Source: the human T2T-CHM13v2.0 reference genome, Homo sapiens. From it: DNA of 64,000 nt. Below the pieces are notes generated by a model. It saw only the letters and a program-made list of their open reading frames with translations, had not been told where the DNA came from and ran no database searches. The stretch lies in the NCBI RefSeq assembly GCF_009914755.1, contig NC_060928.1; one strand, written 5' to 3'. A program made the position numbers and the translations under genes. The stretch's first letter is position 1. The number at the start of each line of letters is the position of its first letter. Below, one piece after another: positions 1 to 14,303 of the stretch.

Positions 1-204
1 GGCATAGCAAGAACAAGACTAAAGTATATTCTGCTTTGTATTTTACTCTTGTCTACTCACAATTTTGAGATATTGAATAAAAATGTAGTTAATATAGCTG
101 CATTTAATTTGAATATTGGACCTCCTGTGTCGCTTCTTAACCTTGTCACATCTGCCATCTGGTAACTGAGATCTCAAGATTTTACCAGGAAAAAAATTAA
201 ATAT

Positions 205-435
205 TTAACACATCTGTAGCAATTGTGATATGCAGAACTCTTTTGCATGTGTAATTTTATTTGATCCTCCAAACACCATAGTCATAAGAGAGATGGTACA
301 CACAATAAAACTCTGTTTTACAAATGAGTACATCCAGATTTGAGAAAGAATTGCATTGCATTTGGCCAAGGTCACTGTTCTGGTCATTACTGGAGCCAAA
401 ATATGAACTCAAGTTTTCTGACTTTCCAGTCAAAT
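205..435 (-). mobile_element. MIR SINE (degenerate)
   Basis: Reverse-strand MIR core motifs: tttgatcctcc...ttttacaaatgag...ttggccaaggtcac...ggagccaaaatatgaactcaag. Confidence 0.7.
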
Positions 436-1569
436 GTTCTTTACACGTGCAAAACAGATTAGTGTTCAACTGGTGTCATCCAATGCTATAGTAGTGTACG
501 TAATCAAAACTTGCTTCTCCTTCCAAGAAAACATGGAAAGAAAAAAGAGAAATCTGTCATTTTCCTCCTGAATGAGGGGGAACATGAGGGAGAAATATGT
601 TTGATTTGGGGAACAATGTTGTTATCTTTGTTGATGGGTAAAGGCAGCATTTTAGAATAATCAGAAGCCTATTTTCATTCTCCAAGAGCTTTGTTTATTG
701 GCGAGTTTCTATGCTATCCTGGAAGTACAACAGATGCCTGGAGTGTCTGTAATGAACTTTGCATACATTAGTATGCTTGGCAATTAGAATTGCCTGCAGG
801 TCCTCATGGATGACTTCTGTTCTCTTTTTTCTTGATATGTTTTACTTTCACAGTGAAATCGTTAATAGAGGCACCCCTACCTGGTTCGGGGTCATCAGGA
901 TCCAGTGTTTGGCATGGTGGGACAAGCAAATTATAATCCGATAGTAGTTACCCAGGACCCCACTTTCCTTGCCAAGGAGAATGGGAAAGGAATTCAGAGA
1001 CTGCCAAACAATCTCATTTGGTTGGAATGTACACAAATTAATTATTTCCTGTAGCATTATTGAATCATATTCTCACAGATACTACTGAAAATAATTTTTA
1101 AATCAAGAATTTGTTTGCATATAATTCTCTAGTTAAAAGAATAATCCAAAATGAAATTCCCAAAGTCAATCTGAAATAATTCATAATATATTCTTTCAGT
1201 TTCTAAAACCTAAATACGCTCTTAAACCTGTTTGGGGTTTGGTCAGTTTTATTGCCTAGGTTGCAAACTGAAAGTCTTCTTTAATTTACATATTTTAGTA
1301 AGACATCGATTTATTCTTCAAACTGCCTCAAGTCTTTTCTATTCTTGCTACCCTCAGAGACTGCATTTTAATTTCCTACTAATAGCTGGCCAGAATAATG
1401 ATACAGAGAAGACAAACATTTTAAAAAGAAATCCTGAACTAACTTAGATATTGTATTTTTAAAAATACCTGTACATGGTAAGAAAAATATCTTACAGAAA
1501 ATATGGTTTTAGAGGATTAAAAATTATAAATATTAAATACAATTGAGAAACAGAGGAAACTAAAGTTCT

Positions 1570-2480
1570 AGAAGGCATTGGTTTCCAGCGCAAATTATAC
1601 AAATTATACTTATCAGTTTTACCACCCTGCTCCGGTAGATAGGTTTCCCATATTAAATCACCTTCTGTAATTCTTCAGGTCAGCTGCTTCTAAGTGATAT
1701 GGGATATGGTGGAATCATTAGATCCTGTGGTTGTGCATACATTGTTGCATCTTCTGTTGCCAGTTGGTCCCTTGATCAGAGGTGACATTAGTGAGATCTA
1801 GCTGTAAATCTGGTGTTCTTAAGTTCTTGGATACTGATGTTGTCTGTGTCTCTGAAACAAGGAAAAGGGAAGGTGAGTCCATAGCTAGAATATGCCTCAA
1901 CAGAACTGGCTTCATAATTTGTGGGACCCAGTACAAATTGAGAATGCAGGGTCCTTTGTTCAAAAACGATTAAGAATTTCACAATGGATTACATCAGAGC
2001 ATTAAAACTAAGCATGTGACTCATCTATGTCTGGGGTCTGTGCAGCTTTGCAGGTGGCAAACCCACGAAGGCAGCCCCATGTATCAGTTCAGACAAGGAT
2101 GAATTTCTGCCCTCTCCATGTGTGAAGGAGTCTGAGATTATGAACTTGCTATCAAAGGTTAGTTAGTATCCTTGAGAAATGGTACCACATTGAAGGTGTC
2201 CGGGTTGGGCTCTGCTATTGGCAGATCAGGCACTCAGCTGAGGCAGAAGTTACATCAGACTTTTGAGAGGAGCAAAGCCTTTCAGTGACCACTGTGGCCA
2301 CTACATTCATAATCCCATAGTGCAAGCACCAGAGGGTACAAAAGACAGGCTGGTGACATTTTGGTTGCTGATTTTTCCCTTCTGCAGTGGATGCTTTCTG
2401 GTGGGCATTAATGTGAAACCTGCACACTTTTATGCTTTCTCCCAGAGGCTCATTCATAAGCCTGCTCCAAGACTTTCCTA
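1570..2480 (-). mobile_element. ERVL-class internal (pol RNaseH/integrase) fragment, interrupted by MER91
   Basis: Minus-strand ORF 2215-2532 contains ERVL-like 'HINAHQKASTAE' and 'SAECLICQ' (integrase zinc finger); downstream sequence resembles decayed integrase core. Confidence 0.7.
1901..2078. mobile_element. MER91-like hAT MITE
   Basis: cagaactggcttcataatttgtgggacccagtacaaattgagaatgcagggtcctttgttcaaaa...cccacgaaggcagccc matches recalled MER91A consensus. Confidence 0.7.
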
Positions 2481-2489
2481 TCTTTTTAC

Positions 2490-2581
2490 TTCCAATATTG
2501 TTCATTGCTGAGATAATAACTGTTGTTTTCATCTACTAAGTTTGAGAGTAATTAGTTACACAACAACAGATAACTAATGCA
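2490..2581 (+). mobile_element. MLT1-type MaLR LTR 3' end fragment
   Basis: ataataactgttgtttt...ctactaagtttgagagtaattagttacacaacaacagataactaatgca. Confidence 0.6.
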
Positions 2582-3001
2582 GGCAGTAAAGAGATTCCCT
2601 TCTTAAGATCTTCGATCCCCTTACCTAACCCAGTGTAAGACCAACACATCTATGGTCAGTGACTGGTAGCAGAAAAAGTCCCTGCTTTCATGGAGGGAGA
2701 CATGAATTAAACAAATAATAATGTAAAATGTAAGTTTATTTTGTACACTAATTTCGTTGAGCTCATAAATGAATATAATTTTCTAACTTTTCCCATTGAA
2801 ATGCTTGAAATGTAGACGGCATCAATTCTGCTTCCAGTAAATTGGATCCCCTTAGTCAAAACAGTTTTTGAAGAGATAATCCACCCTCAAATGCAAGACA
2901 TAAAGAAATGTAGAAAATAGGACATGTTCTACATACTGTCCAATTTTAACATAGCTTATGAATGGCAGAGGATAGAATCAAGTTTGAAATTAAGAAGAGG
3001 G

Positions 3002-3345
<344 letters not shown>

Positions 3346-4165
3346 TTATCACATTTCCAAGAATCTGGGGTGTTCTCATCACATTTTCAGATTTGACCTG
3401 GGTGAGAGAAGAGACTTTTAAAAGCCTTTTTCCATTTCTCACGCCTATAGAAACACCAGTTAAACTTTGGAAAACAATTACCACAGGAAAATAACAAAGG
3501 CTTTTCTATATTGCTATTGAAGAATAAAGAAGGAAGTTTACCTACTTGTTATTTATTGAAGAGAATTTTTTAAAGGATATGTCTCTTGGCTCCTTTCCTT
3601 GAGAACAGATCATTCTCTCAAGGACAAGAAGGACTATTCCTGTTGTAGTAAGTTAGAGGTTTCTTGGAGGATTCTTCAGGGGGGAATGTAGAGTACATGA
3701 GCATTTTATGGAAATAGATTAAACATAAGAAAATGCTAAGCACATGGCAGAAAAATATTTTATTCAAAGAGTTATATTAGGCTTCAAAGAAATCCCATAG
3801 CAAATATAATACTAATGTTAAGAACTACATTCAGCAATCATCTGTGACAATACATGAACCAGTGACATTCGGAAATGGATGAAGCAGAGCCAGAGAATAG
3901 AGCAAAACCAGATGTGTAATGTTTACACATTTACATTCAACTATGGATTTGTAATTAAAGGCTTTCCACAAGTTTTCTCTGATTATATTCTTCTAAAAAA
4001 ATACCACGAAGTAGAAAAAGCTGGTATTATTTTCTTACAGACGAGAAAAAGTGAGCTACTTTGAGGATAGGCAACTTACCCCAGAAAGAATAAATAAGAT
4101 TTCCTACTGTGACTCCTTTATTAGATGTTGTCTACATCATTTACTAGGACATTAACTTCTATTGA

Positions 4166-4521
<356 letters not shown>

Positions 4522-6023
4522 TCAGAGAAACTTTAGAACAAGATTATTTCTTTTAAAGAGGTAAGCCTCCCACCAAACTCTTCATCCTTTCCTGAATATC
4601 TTCTCTACTTTACCAGTTTTTTAAAAGGACCAAAATGCAGAAGAAAGATTTCAGAAAAACAAGCAAAAAACTTCAACTTTAATCCCTCTCAAAACATCTC
4701 AGAAGAGTGTGACCAAATGATATATAGATATTTTCCAAAGAACATTCTACAAAATGTTAGTCTTTTTTTATTAGAATCTTTCTCCTACTAATGGACTCAT
4801 TATTCATTCAGATTACAAATGTACTTTATAATAGAGCGAATGTATTTATAGCATGCAAATACAGGTAGGTAAAATCATAGCACAATTTAGCTATTTCTAA
4901 TAGATTTATATGGCTATACATGCTCCAGGAGAATAAAATGTATAGGTTTCAGAGTCAGAATATATTCAAATCTTGATCGTACTTCTGTGGAGTAATTACT
5001 AGTAAAGGCCTTTCAACATTTTTAAAGAAAATCTCTCCTTCTTAAGATCATTATCTAAAACCTACTCTAAACTAATAGTTTGCCATTCTTAGATTTTCTT
5101 ACATAATGCTTTCCTCATGTTTATATGCTTAAATTTCACCATCATTAATTTTCCTCTCAGATTTATTCAATATTTTTTCATATGTTTAATTTTTTAAGCA
5201 GCATTCCATTTTTTAAGCACCCTGTTTTAAATGGGTATGTATGTCACTCAACCAAGAAATTAGTGCACAAGTGTTAATCCTATCATGACAAACTGTGTGC
5301 ATGAAATTTCATAGTAATCTTTTAATCAAATAAAATAAGCCTATCTCCCCCACACTGGAAGGGAATTCAGTCTCAGTTCTGAAAGCCATCCTTTTGCCCA
5401 TTCACCTCCAAAGGATTGAGCAAATGGCCTACTTTTCGAATTTTGAAGCAAAAAATAAAGATGTATGAGACATAAACTGTTTCTAAAAATTTATGTGCCA
5501 TAATAGCATTCTCTAAACCTTCCTTTTCATTTAATATGGCTCAGTTTATTTGTTTTATGATTCTGGAAACAGAGACAAGTTCAGTTTACCTCAGGTAATG
5601 GGGTTTATCCTCAGAATGGGTAGCAAAATAGACTGTACTTAAATTTAAAAGGAAAAAGAAAACAGTAAGAAAAAAAAATAGATTCACCCTCCAGTTTTCC
5701 AGGATCTTGCAATGTGAAATCTTATGCAAACCTGTTCTCCACAAGCAGTTGTGAGATTTAACATTCCCACTTTTACATTCCTATCTACTAAAGTTTACAT
5801 GTTGGCAGTCCTCTTACCAAGGCATTCACCTTTACTAACCAACCAAAAATCTAGATTTAATATAGGATTAATTGGTCATTGTAGCTTAATGGGTTAATAT
5901 CCTCGTTTTCAATTTCTTTTAAGGAATTTGATGACTTATTCCAAACAAAAACTTTAGACACCATGATGAAGTTGGAAGATGATATTAGATTGGGATGGTC
6001 TCCATTACCATTCCAGTCAAATA

Positions 6024-6109
6024 CTAGGTTGGTGCAAAAGTAATTGTGCTTTTGCCATTATTTTTAATTAAAAGTAATGAAAGTACAGCATTTTTTGGCA
6101 CCAATCTAA
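6024..6109. mobile_element. MADE1 (Hsmar1-derived palindromic MITE)
   Basis: taggttggtgcaaaagtaattg ... ttttggcaccaatctaa terminal inverted repeats. Confidence 0.88.
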
Positions 6110-6464
6110 CAATATCACTTGAAGTGGTCTTATTACCTTTACGAGTTGTATGGTAATGACAATAATGACAATACCTCACTGATTGTAATCAGTAGAAAAA
6201 TATCTGTAATGTAAATATCAAATCATCAAAATTGCTATATAACTTGAGTACTACAACTAAATATGGCCATGAGATTTTAGTTCTTTCAAAGACTCCGTGC
6301 ATTACATTTTCCAAATTTATTTCACATGGTAATAAGAAATATGCTAAATTACTTACCACAATTTCAACAAATAAATCATTATATATAAGAAGATTTAGAA
6401 TCTAAAGAATATGAAATTGAAAACAATGAAGTAAATTTACTAAGCTTGCAAAGCTAATTGATGG

Positions 6465-7107
6465 TGTTGGGGGTCAGAAAACAATATCTCAAAATATGGC
6501 ACTTTGTCATGCTGAACTAAAGAAGCCGACTCAAAATCTGTCTGACCTCCCCACTCCTGTCTCTCAATCTCTGTCTCTCCTAAAGCACAGGATGAGGTTG
6601 TTCTCTGAAGTTCCCTTATCTCTCTAGAAACCAGACAGCCAAAGAGTAACACAATTGCCTTTGATCCCCTCCCTAAAATTTTATTAACTAGAAATTAAAA
6701 CTCATATCCAAAGAAAAATACTGAAAATTAAACACTACACCTAGAGCTCAGACTAACTTTTCCCCAACTATTGTCTTTTTCTGGTCCCATTCAATTTCCA
6801 AAGAGAATCATTTACTTACCATTGTTTAAACATTGGGCCCATTCATTTCCCAAAAAATCATTTACTATCCTTCAAAATGACCACATTTTCTCCATCTCCT
6901 CTTCCCCTATGAAGAAGGATATACAAATATCTGGACCTCATTGGGTTATTGGCTGATCATTCTCCTGTGATTCACTTGTGCTTATGCACATTGAATAAGT
7001 TTGCACCAACCTAATAGTCATTTTCTCCTGTTAATCTGCCTATTGTCACTTCATTTTTAGCAAACCTTAAAAGGGTGAAGAGAAGGTTTTTGTCTTCACT
7101 CCTACAA
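6465..7107 (+). mobile_element. MER39-type ERV1 solo LTR
   Basis: Starts tgttgggggtcagaaaacaatatctcaaaatatggcactttg, ends ...ctcctaca (TG...CA); matches recalled MER39 consensus. Confidence 0.85.
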
Positions 7108-7489
7108 TAAAACACCTGGGAGAAGATCCCATATCTCTAAGAAATTTGCTACAGCTTTTTTTCTGCTATACCATGTTGCATTTCATTATTACAATGATGT
7201 TACCTATTAATATTTCATAACACCCTAATACATTAGAGAATAGTCCTAAATTGTTTACTAATATTCCTAAATTCTTGAATACTGTATTCAATGTTAAGCA
7301 AAAATTATTGCTTTCAAAAATTATAATTTAATTACTTAATAGTTTTTGTCTGTAACATAGTTAAATTAAGGCTTTCAAAATGTTTTATGAAAACATGTAT
7401 CAGAAATTAAGCACTTCTCTTTATTTTAATCTAGTTTAGTATGACCCTGTAGACTTGCTCTTTGTGGTGCATAAATTTTAGAAAAACCT

Positions 7490-7839
7490 GGCCAGGCGCA
7501 GTGGCTCATGCCTGTAGTGGCTCACACTCTTTGTGTTGCATAAATTTTATATAAGCCTGGCACCAGCACTTTGGGAGGTCTAGGCTGTTGGATTACCTGA
7601 GGTCAGGAGTTCAAGACCAGCCTGGCCAACATGGTGAAAACTCGTCTCTACTAAAAATACCAAAATTAGCTGGGCGTCATGGTGCATGCCTGTAATCCCA
7701 GCTACTTGGGACGCTGAGGCAAGAGAATCGCTTGAACCCAGGAGGCGAAGGTCATTGCAGTGAGCCGAGATCATGTCACTGTACTCCTGCCTAGGCAACA
7801 GAGCAAGACTATCTCAAAAAAGAAAAGAAAAAAGAAAAA
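7490..7839 (+). mobile_element. AluS with rearranged 5' end
   Basis: Alu body and A-rich tail; a ~33-bp copy of the upstream flank sits inside the left arm at 7527-7559. Confidence 0.92.
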
Positions 7840-8002
7840 TATAAGCCCAAATTGTTTAGAAATAGCTTGATATTTGAGGTTAGTTCAGTGCATAGATCAG
7901 TGACCTTCTTTTTACTTGTGTGCTATGACATATAAACAAAAGTTAAAGAAAATAAAAAGAGGAAAAGTGGGAGAAAATGGAGAGTAAAAAGTAATTATGT
8001 GT

Positions 8003-9110
8003 CATTCAGTCATGTAATAAATATTTATTGAGAATTTACTGTGTACAGCACATGGTGGTAAATGTAGGTATAAAAACAAATAAGAATTCATGTATATCAA
8101 TAATTATAATATTCTTATTAAAAATCCACAGTAGAAAAGTACATTTGTAATTTAAAAAAATGAGTCCCATGAGGCTTAGCCATGGCAATTATATCCTTTA
8201 AAGATTTCTTTCAAAAAACCAGTCTGCTTTCACAAAATATTTAAAAGCTATTCAGCACTTTAACTGAATCTCTCTAATGGCATCAAAGAGGATCCAGCAC
8301 AAGGGCCCACAAGCAACACTTATTGAAACCTGTTCCCATTACTTAATCTCTTATACCACATCATCCAACTCCATATGCTGAATTTCCAACTACAATTCTC
8401 TAACACTCTACCAACTTTGGCTTTTTTTTTTTCTAATTCCCTTTCTTTCTGTCACTATTCTATATTAATCTGCCTTCTTAATAAATATCAACATTTCCAG
8501 ATTGGAATACAATTTTAAAAACTTCTTTAGTACTGCCTGTCTTTACTGTTTTTCCTCTATTCTGTGTCAAACAAGTCCAGAAACCAAGTTAGAACAGAAA
8601 GAATTATCCTTAGAGAAAGCTAAAGGACAAGCAGTTTCAACTTAGTGAGTAGAGAGGACAAAACTCTACAAACACACATAATTTATGTGTTCATCATGAA
8701 CATCATAACATGGTGACATGGATAAGAGCCACTGAACCAAACTTAGAGAGATTACACATAGGTTTCATGGAGAAAAAGAAACCTGAGCTGCAATATAAGG
8801 AATGAAAAAGAGGAATCAAAAAAAAAATTGCGGACAAAGAGGAAGACATTCAAGAGAAAGGGAAACATGAACCAAAGTATTGAGTAAAAAACAAACCAAC
8901 AAACAAAAAAAAAGTGGTGTAATTTGTAGATCAAACTACAAATAGAAATAGTTTAGTTTTACTGAATCAAAAATTTAAGGGACAGAATAATACATGATGA
9001 GTCTACCAAAGCCAGCCATGAATAAAATCACAAGGGCTTCTTAGGACATGTTAATACCTTTGAATTCTTTTTGCTCAACAGAAATTTGCTAAGATATTCT
9101 TTAAATGGGA
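8003..9110 (-). mobile_element. L2 fragments (8003-8090 3' end; ~8740-9110 body)
   Basis: cattcagtcatgtaataaatatttattgag (reverse L2 tail) plus L2-like purine-rich body. Confidence 0.5.
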
Positions 9111-10372
9111 TTATAGATTGCAATATTCCTCCTAAAGATATTAGCCAAACATTAAATGGGATTGGCTAATACATGAATGAATGAGGAGAATAGTGCTGGA
9201 AAGAAAAAAGGAGGAAAAGGAATTTCTGTTTTCAGTTCTGATATATAAACAGCTTAGAGGTCAGCACTCACTTCTTTATGGGAAAAAAAAAAAGCTTGAA
9301 GAAAATAAAAATAAATCAGTTTCCCAAGAGAAATTTTAAAAACATTTTTAACTAAATGGAAATACAACTTAGCAAAATGTGTGAGATGCAGTGAAAGCTG
9401 TACTTGAAAATTTATAGTATATAAATGCACATATTAGAAGATAAGAAATATCTAAAATAAAAAATCTGAGTTCCCACCCCAGGATATTAGAGAAAGAAGA
9501 GCAATTTTAGCCTAAATTGGAAGAAGGTAAAAGAAAGTTGAGTAGAATCAAGCTGAAAACAGAAAAGAAATAGATTAAATGACAAAATCAAAAGCTGATT
9601 CTTTAAAAAGATCAGTAAAATTGGCAAACTTCTACCCAGGCTAACATGAAAGAAAAGAGAAGATACAAATTACCAGTGTCCGAAAAGAAAGGGAGAGCAT
9701 CCTCGCTGATCCCATGGGCATTAAAAAGAAAATAACAAAATACAATGAACACCTGCATATCCATAAATTTGATAACTTAGATGAAAAGGCCAAATCCTTT
9801 GAAAGACACAAAGTTCCAAAACTTATATAAAAGAAATAGCTCCTTACCTATTAAAGAAATTTGACCAATAATTTTTAAATCTTCCAAAAAATGTAATAGT
9901 CTCCGATATTTTTACTGATGAATTCTACCAAAAGTTAAGAAAGAAATGGTACAAATTCTCCATAATTTCCTTTTAGAAAGTAGAAACGAGGAAGACTTTT
10001 TAACTTTGTGTGGAGACTGCATTAAACTAATGCCAATATCAGATAAATAAATTCTGAGTGTAGGAGAAAGAAAATATTTTTTTCTTCAGCACTCATAGAT
10101 TCTTAGTTGGGACAGAATGCTGTAACAAAAGATAGATTAATAAGAGGAAAAAAGCACATAATTTTATTAACATGTATATTTCACATATACATGGAAGACA
10201 TCAGTTAATGAGTAGTTCTCAAAGAGGTGGCTTTGAATTCTAGCTTATAGAGCATCTTCAACAAAAAACAGTAACTTTTTAAAGAAGTGATGATACAAAG
10301 GAAAAGGTATTTGAGTTTCTTGTGGCAGCAACTTGTGTGAAGGCAAGTAAATGGCATATAAAGGCTAATTAG

Positions 10373-11119
10373 TTATTTTAGTCTATTTTGTGCTGCTATA
10401 AAAAAAAACTCTAGACTAAGTAATTTATGAAGAAAAGAGGTTTATTTGGCTCATAGTTCTGCAGGCTGCACAAGAAGCAGGGAACCATCATCTGACTGGT
10501 TTCTGGTGAGGGCTTCTGGGCTATGTGAAAACATGGTGGAGGCCAGGCACAGTGGCTCATGCCTGTAATCCCAGCACTTTGAGAGACTGAGGCAGGCAGA
10601 TCACTTGAGGTCAGGAGTTCGTAATCAGCCTGGCCAAGACGGCAAAACCCTGTCTCTACTAAAAATACAAAAACTGGCTTAACGTGGTGTCTGGCACCTG
10701 TAGTCCCAGCTACTTGGGAGGCGGAGGAAGGAGAATCACTTGAACCCGAGAGGCGGAAGTTGCAGGACTCTGTCTCAAAAAAAAACCAAACCAAAACAAA
10801 ACAAAACAAAAAAACCATAGTGGAGAAAGGCAGAAGAGAAGCGGGTATGTGCAAAGAGGAGCCAGACCTGAGGAGTGTCCTTGCTTTATAACAATCCACT
10901 TTTATGGGAACTAGGTCCTTCCCCCAAGAGCTAATTCAGTCTCAAAACAGAGCAAGAACTCACTCACTATCATGAGAACAACAACAAGCCCTTCATGAGG
11001 GACGGGTCTTCATGATCCAAACATCCCCCACTAGGCCCCACCTCTAAGCACTGCCACACTGAAGATTAAATTTCAACATGAGATTTGGAGGAGACAAATA
11101 AACCATATCCAACCATAAC
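10373..11119 (-). mobile_element. MST-family MaLR LTR, interrupted by Alu
   Basis: ttagtctattttgtgctgctataa...tttatttggctcatagttctgcaggctg...aaatttcaacatgagatttggaggagacaaat. Confidence 0.85.
10541..10813 (+). mobile_element. AluS with ~46-bp deletion in right arm
   Basis: gttgcag joined directly to gactctgtctc; TSD aaaacatggtgga/aaaccatagtgga; (CAAAA)n tail. Confidence 0.93.
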
Positions 11120-11656
11120 GTAAAGCTTGTTTGTGCAGATTCCTCTGGTACTATCTCCAGATAAAAGGAGTCTAAAGTTGTGTCCAACAGTTAAACTTTG
11201 TTCTCCTTGGTAGAAGGGAGCAGGATAGATTCTGTCTTTGGTAAATCTATGTCCTGCTATTAGACCAACAGAGGGAGGGCCGGGAGCTTTCCAGCATCTG
11301 CTTCTTGTTCTCTGCAGAACAATCCATGTCTTGAGACAGCATTCTGGTCTCCCACACAAGAAAAAGAAACTGTAGACCAACATCTTTCATAAACATAGAT
11401 ATAAAAATTTTTAACAAAATTCATTTTGGTATATGTGATGAGGAAACTCCTTGCCAAATGAAGAACCACCCTCCATAAGCAGAGGGTAAACTCAGACCAA
11501 AGAAAGAAACAGGTTGGTAGGTAGTCAAACACTTATTCAGGGGAAACTGACATACCAGCCGCTTGAATGTCAGTTTCAAGGGCAGCAAGACAAGGTAGAT
11601 CTTCGTGCTTGTGATGCATGTCTGACCTGTCTCTTATGCCATGTAAAGAAAAAGGA

Positions 11657-11968
<312 letters not shown>

Positions 11969-12264
11969 GTCACTAGTTGTGTGTTAACCCATCTGGTTGC
12001 TTTCTTAATCTATTTACTTTCTTCTTAAAGGGATGCTTTGGGTTTCCTGCAATCTGATCAACATTCCTAAGGAAGGAGAAGGTGTTCTGGGCAGCAGTAG
12101 TTATTTTGGTCCTCAACTCAGTGCATCCTGCAACTCACTTCTTGGTCATATAGCCAGAACACATTTTCACAACACTAAGATTCTGGTTAGTGAAGGCTAC
12201 AGGAAACTCAATCTTGAGATTTTAGAGGGTCAAAGTTTGGCAGCAGCCATTTTGTAGCATACAC

Positions 12265-12985
<721 letters not shown>

Positions 12986-12999
12986 TAGCAGTGACTCTA

Positions 13000-13540
13000 G
13001 TATGAGTTCTAATGAAATACCAAGGCTAAAGAGAAAATCAAAGTAAGAAATTATTTTAAAATGTTATTTTTAAAAAGTATGTAGAGAACCAGATCATTTC
13101 GTTTTGGAAGCCAGGGAAAAACAGACATTAAATATCAACAATGTCAAATACACCATATGGCTCTACTAAAGTAAAGGCTCGATGTTATCTCTTGGATTTA
13201 GCAGTTATACAATCACTCTGTACCTTAGTTAAGGAAGTTCTTATAGATCTATAAGTGTAGAAGCAGTTTGTGGCTGATTTGAGAAATGTATAAGAGGTGA
13301 GAATTTAGAGCTAGTGATTATAGCAACCTCTTTCCAGAAAATGAGAAAATTTAAATAATAACTGCAAGAGAGTTAAGAATTATTTTTCGTATTAAAAATG
13401 GAGAGACTTGGGCATATATAAACTGCGTAGGATAAAATCACATAAGCAATATTGAATGTTCATGAGAAAATATTTGTGATGGATAGAGCAATATCTCAGT
13501 GAAAGCAGTAGAAAATGAAACCTGAGGATACATGGAGATG
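13000..13540 (-). mobile_element. L2 fragment
   Basis: ggaagccagggaa...caacaatgtcaaat...ttggatttagcag...gaggtgagaa L2-like motifs. Confidence 0.55.
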
Positions 13541-14000
13541 TTGGCTTTCAACACAACTCATTCTCTGATATTAATGACAAAATATTTTCCTAATAGGGTA
13601 GAAGAAAAAAAAGGAAAGAAACATGAAGAGTCCATATAGTCTTCCAGCAAAAGTACTTTTGATGCATAGATAGGATTCAAGGTTGGTGTCAGAACTTACT
13701 TCAACGTGATCATAAGTCACTATAGGGTATTTCACACAATTTTCATACATGGGAAATCAAATTGCATCAAATACCAATATCAACTTAGAGGGGAGAAAAA
13801 AAGTTACAATAGGGTAATTACTGTGAAAGCAAGAGTCAGTCCTACCTATTATTCATAAACAAGACTGATTATTATTATAAGCAAAAGATCTTCAGGTTTC
13901 TCCTTCTCCTACTCCTTATCACCAGGCAGGAGGGAAAATTACCTTCTATAACTTTGTCCTTGTCTCTAATCAGCTAAGTTTGTTATTCAAAAGATGTGAG

Positions 14001-14303
<303 letters not shown>

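Larger units (their letters stand above)
10059..11356 (-). mobile_element. MER34-type ERV1 solo LTR, interrupted by MST
   Basis: Reverse complement starts tgtgggagaccagaat; other end tgtaggagaaagaaaatat...aacaaaagatagattaataagag. Confidence 0.75.
9323..11420 (+). mobile_element. Old L1M ORF2 fragment, interrupted at 10059-11356
   Basis: L1 ORF2-like sequence (aaaagctgattctttaaaaagatcagtaaaattggcaaac; tttgataacttagatgaaa; gatgaattctaccaaa) resuming after the LTR as caagaaaaagaaactgtagaccaacatc. Confidence 0.85.
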
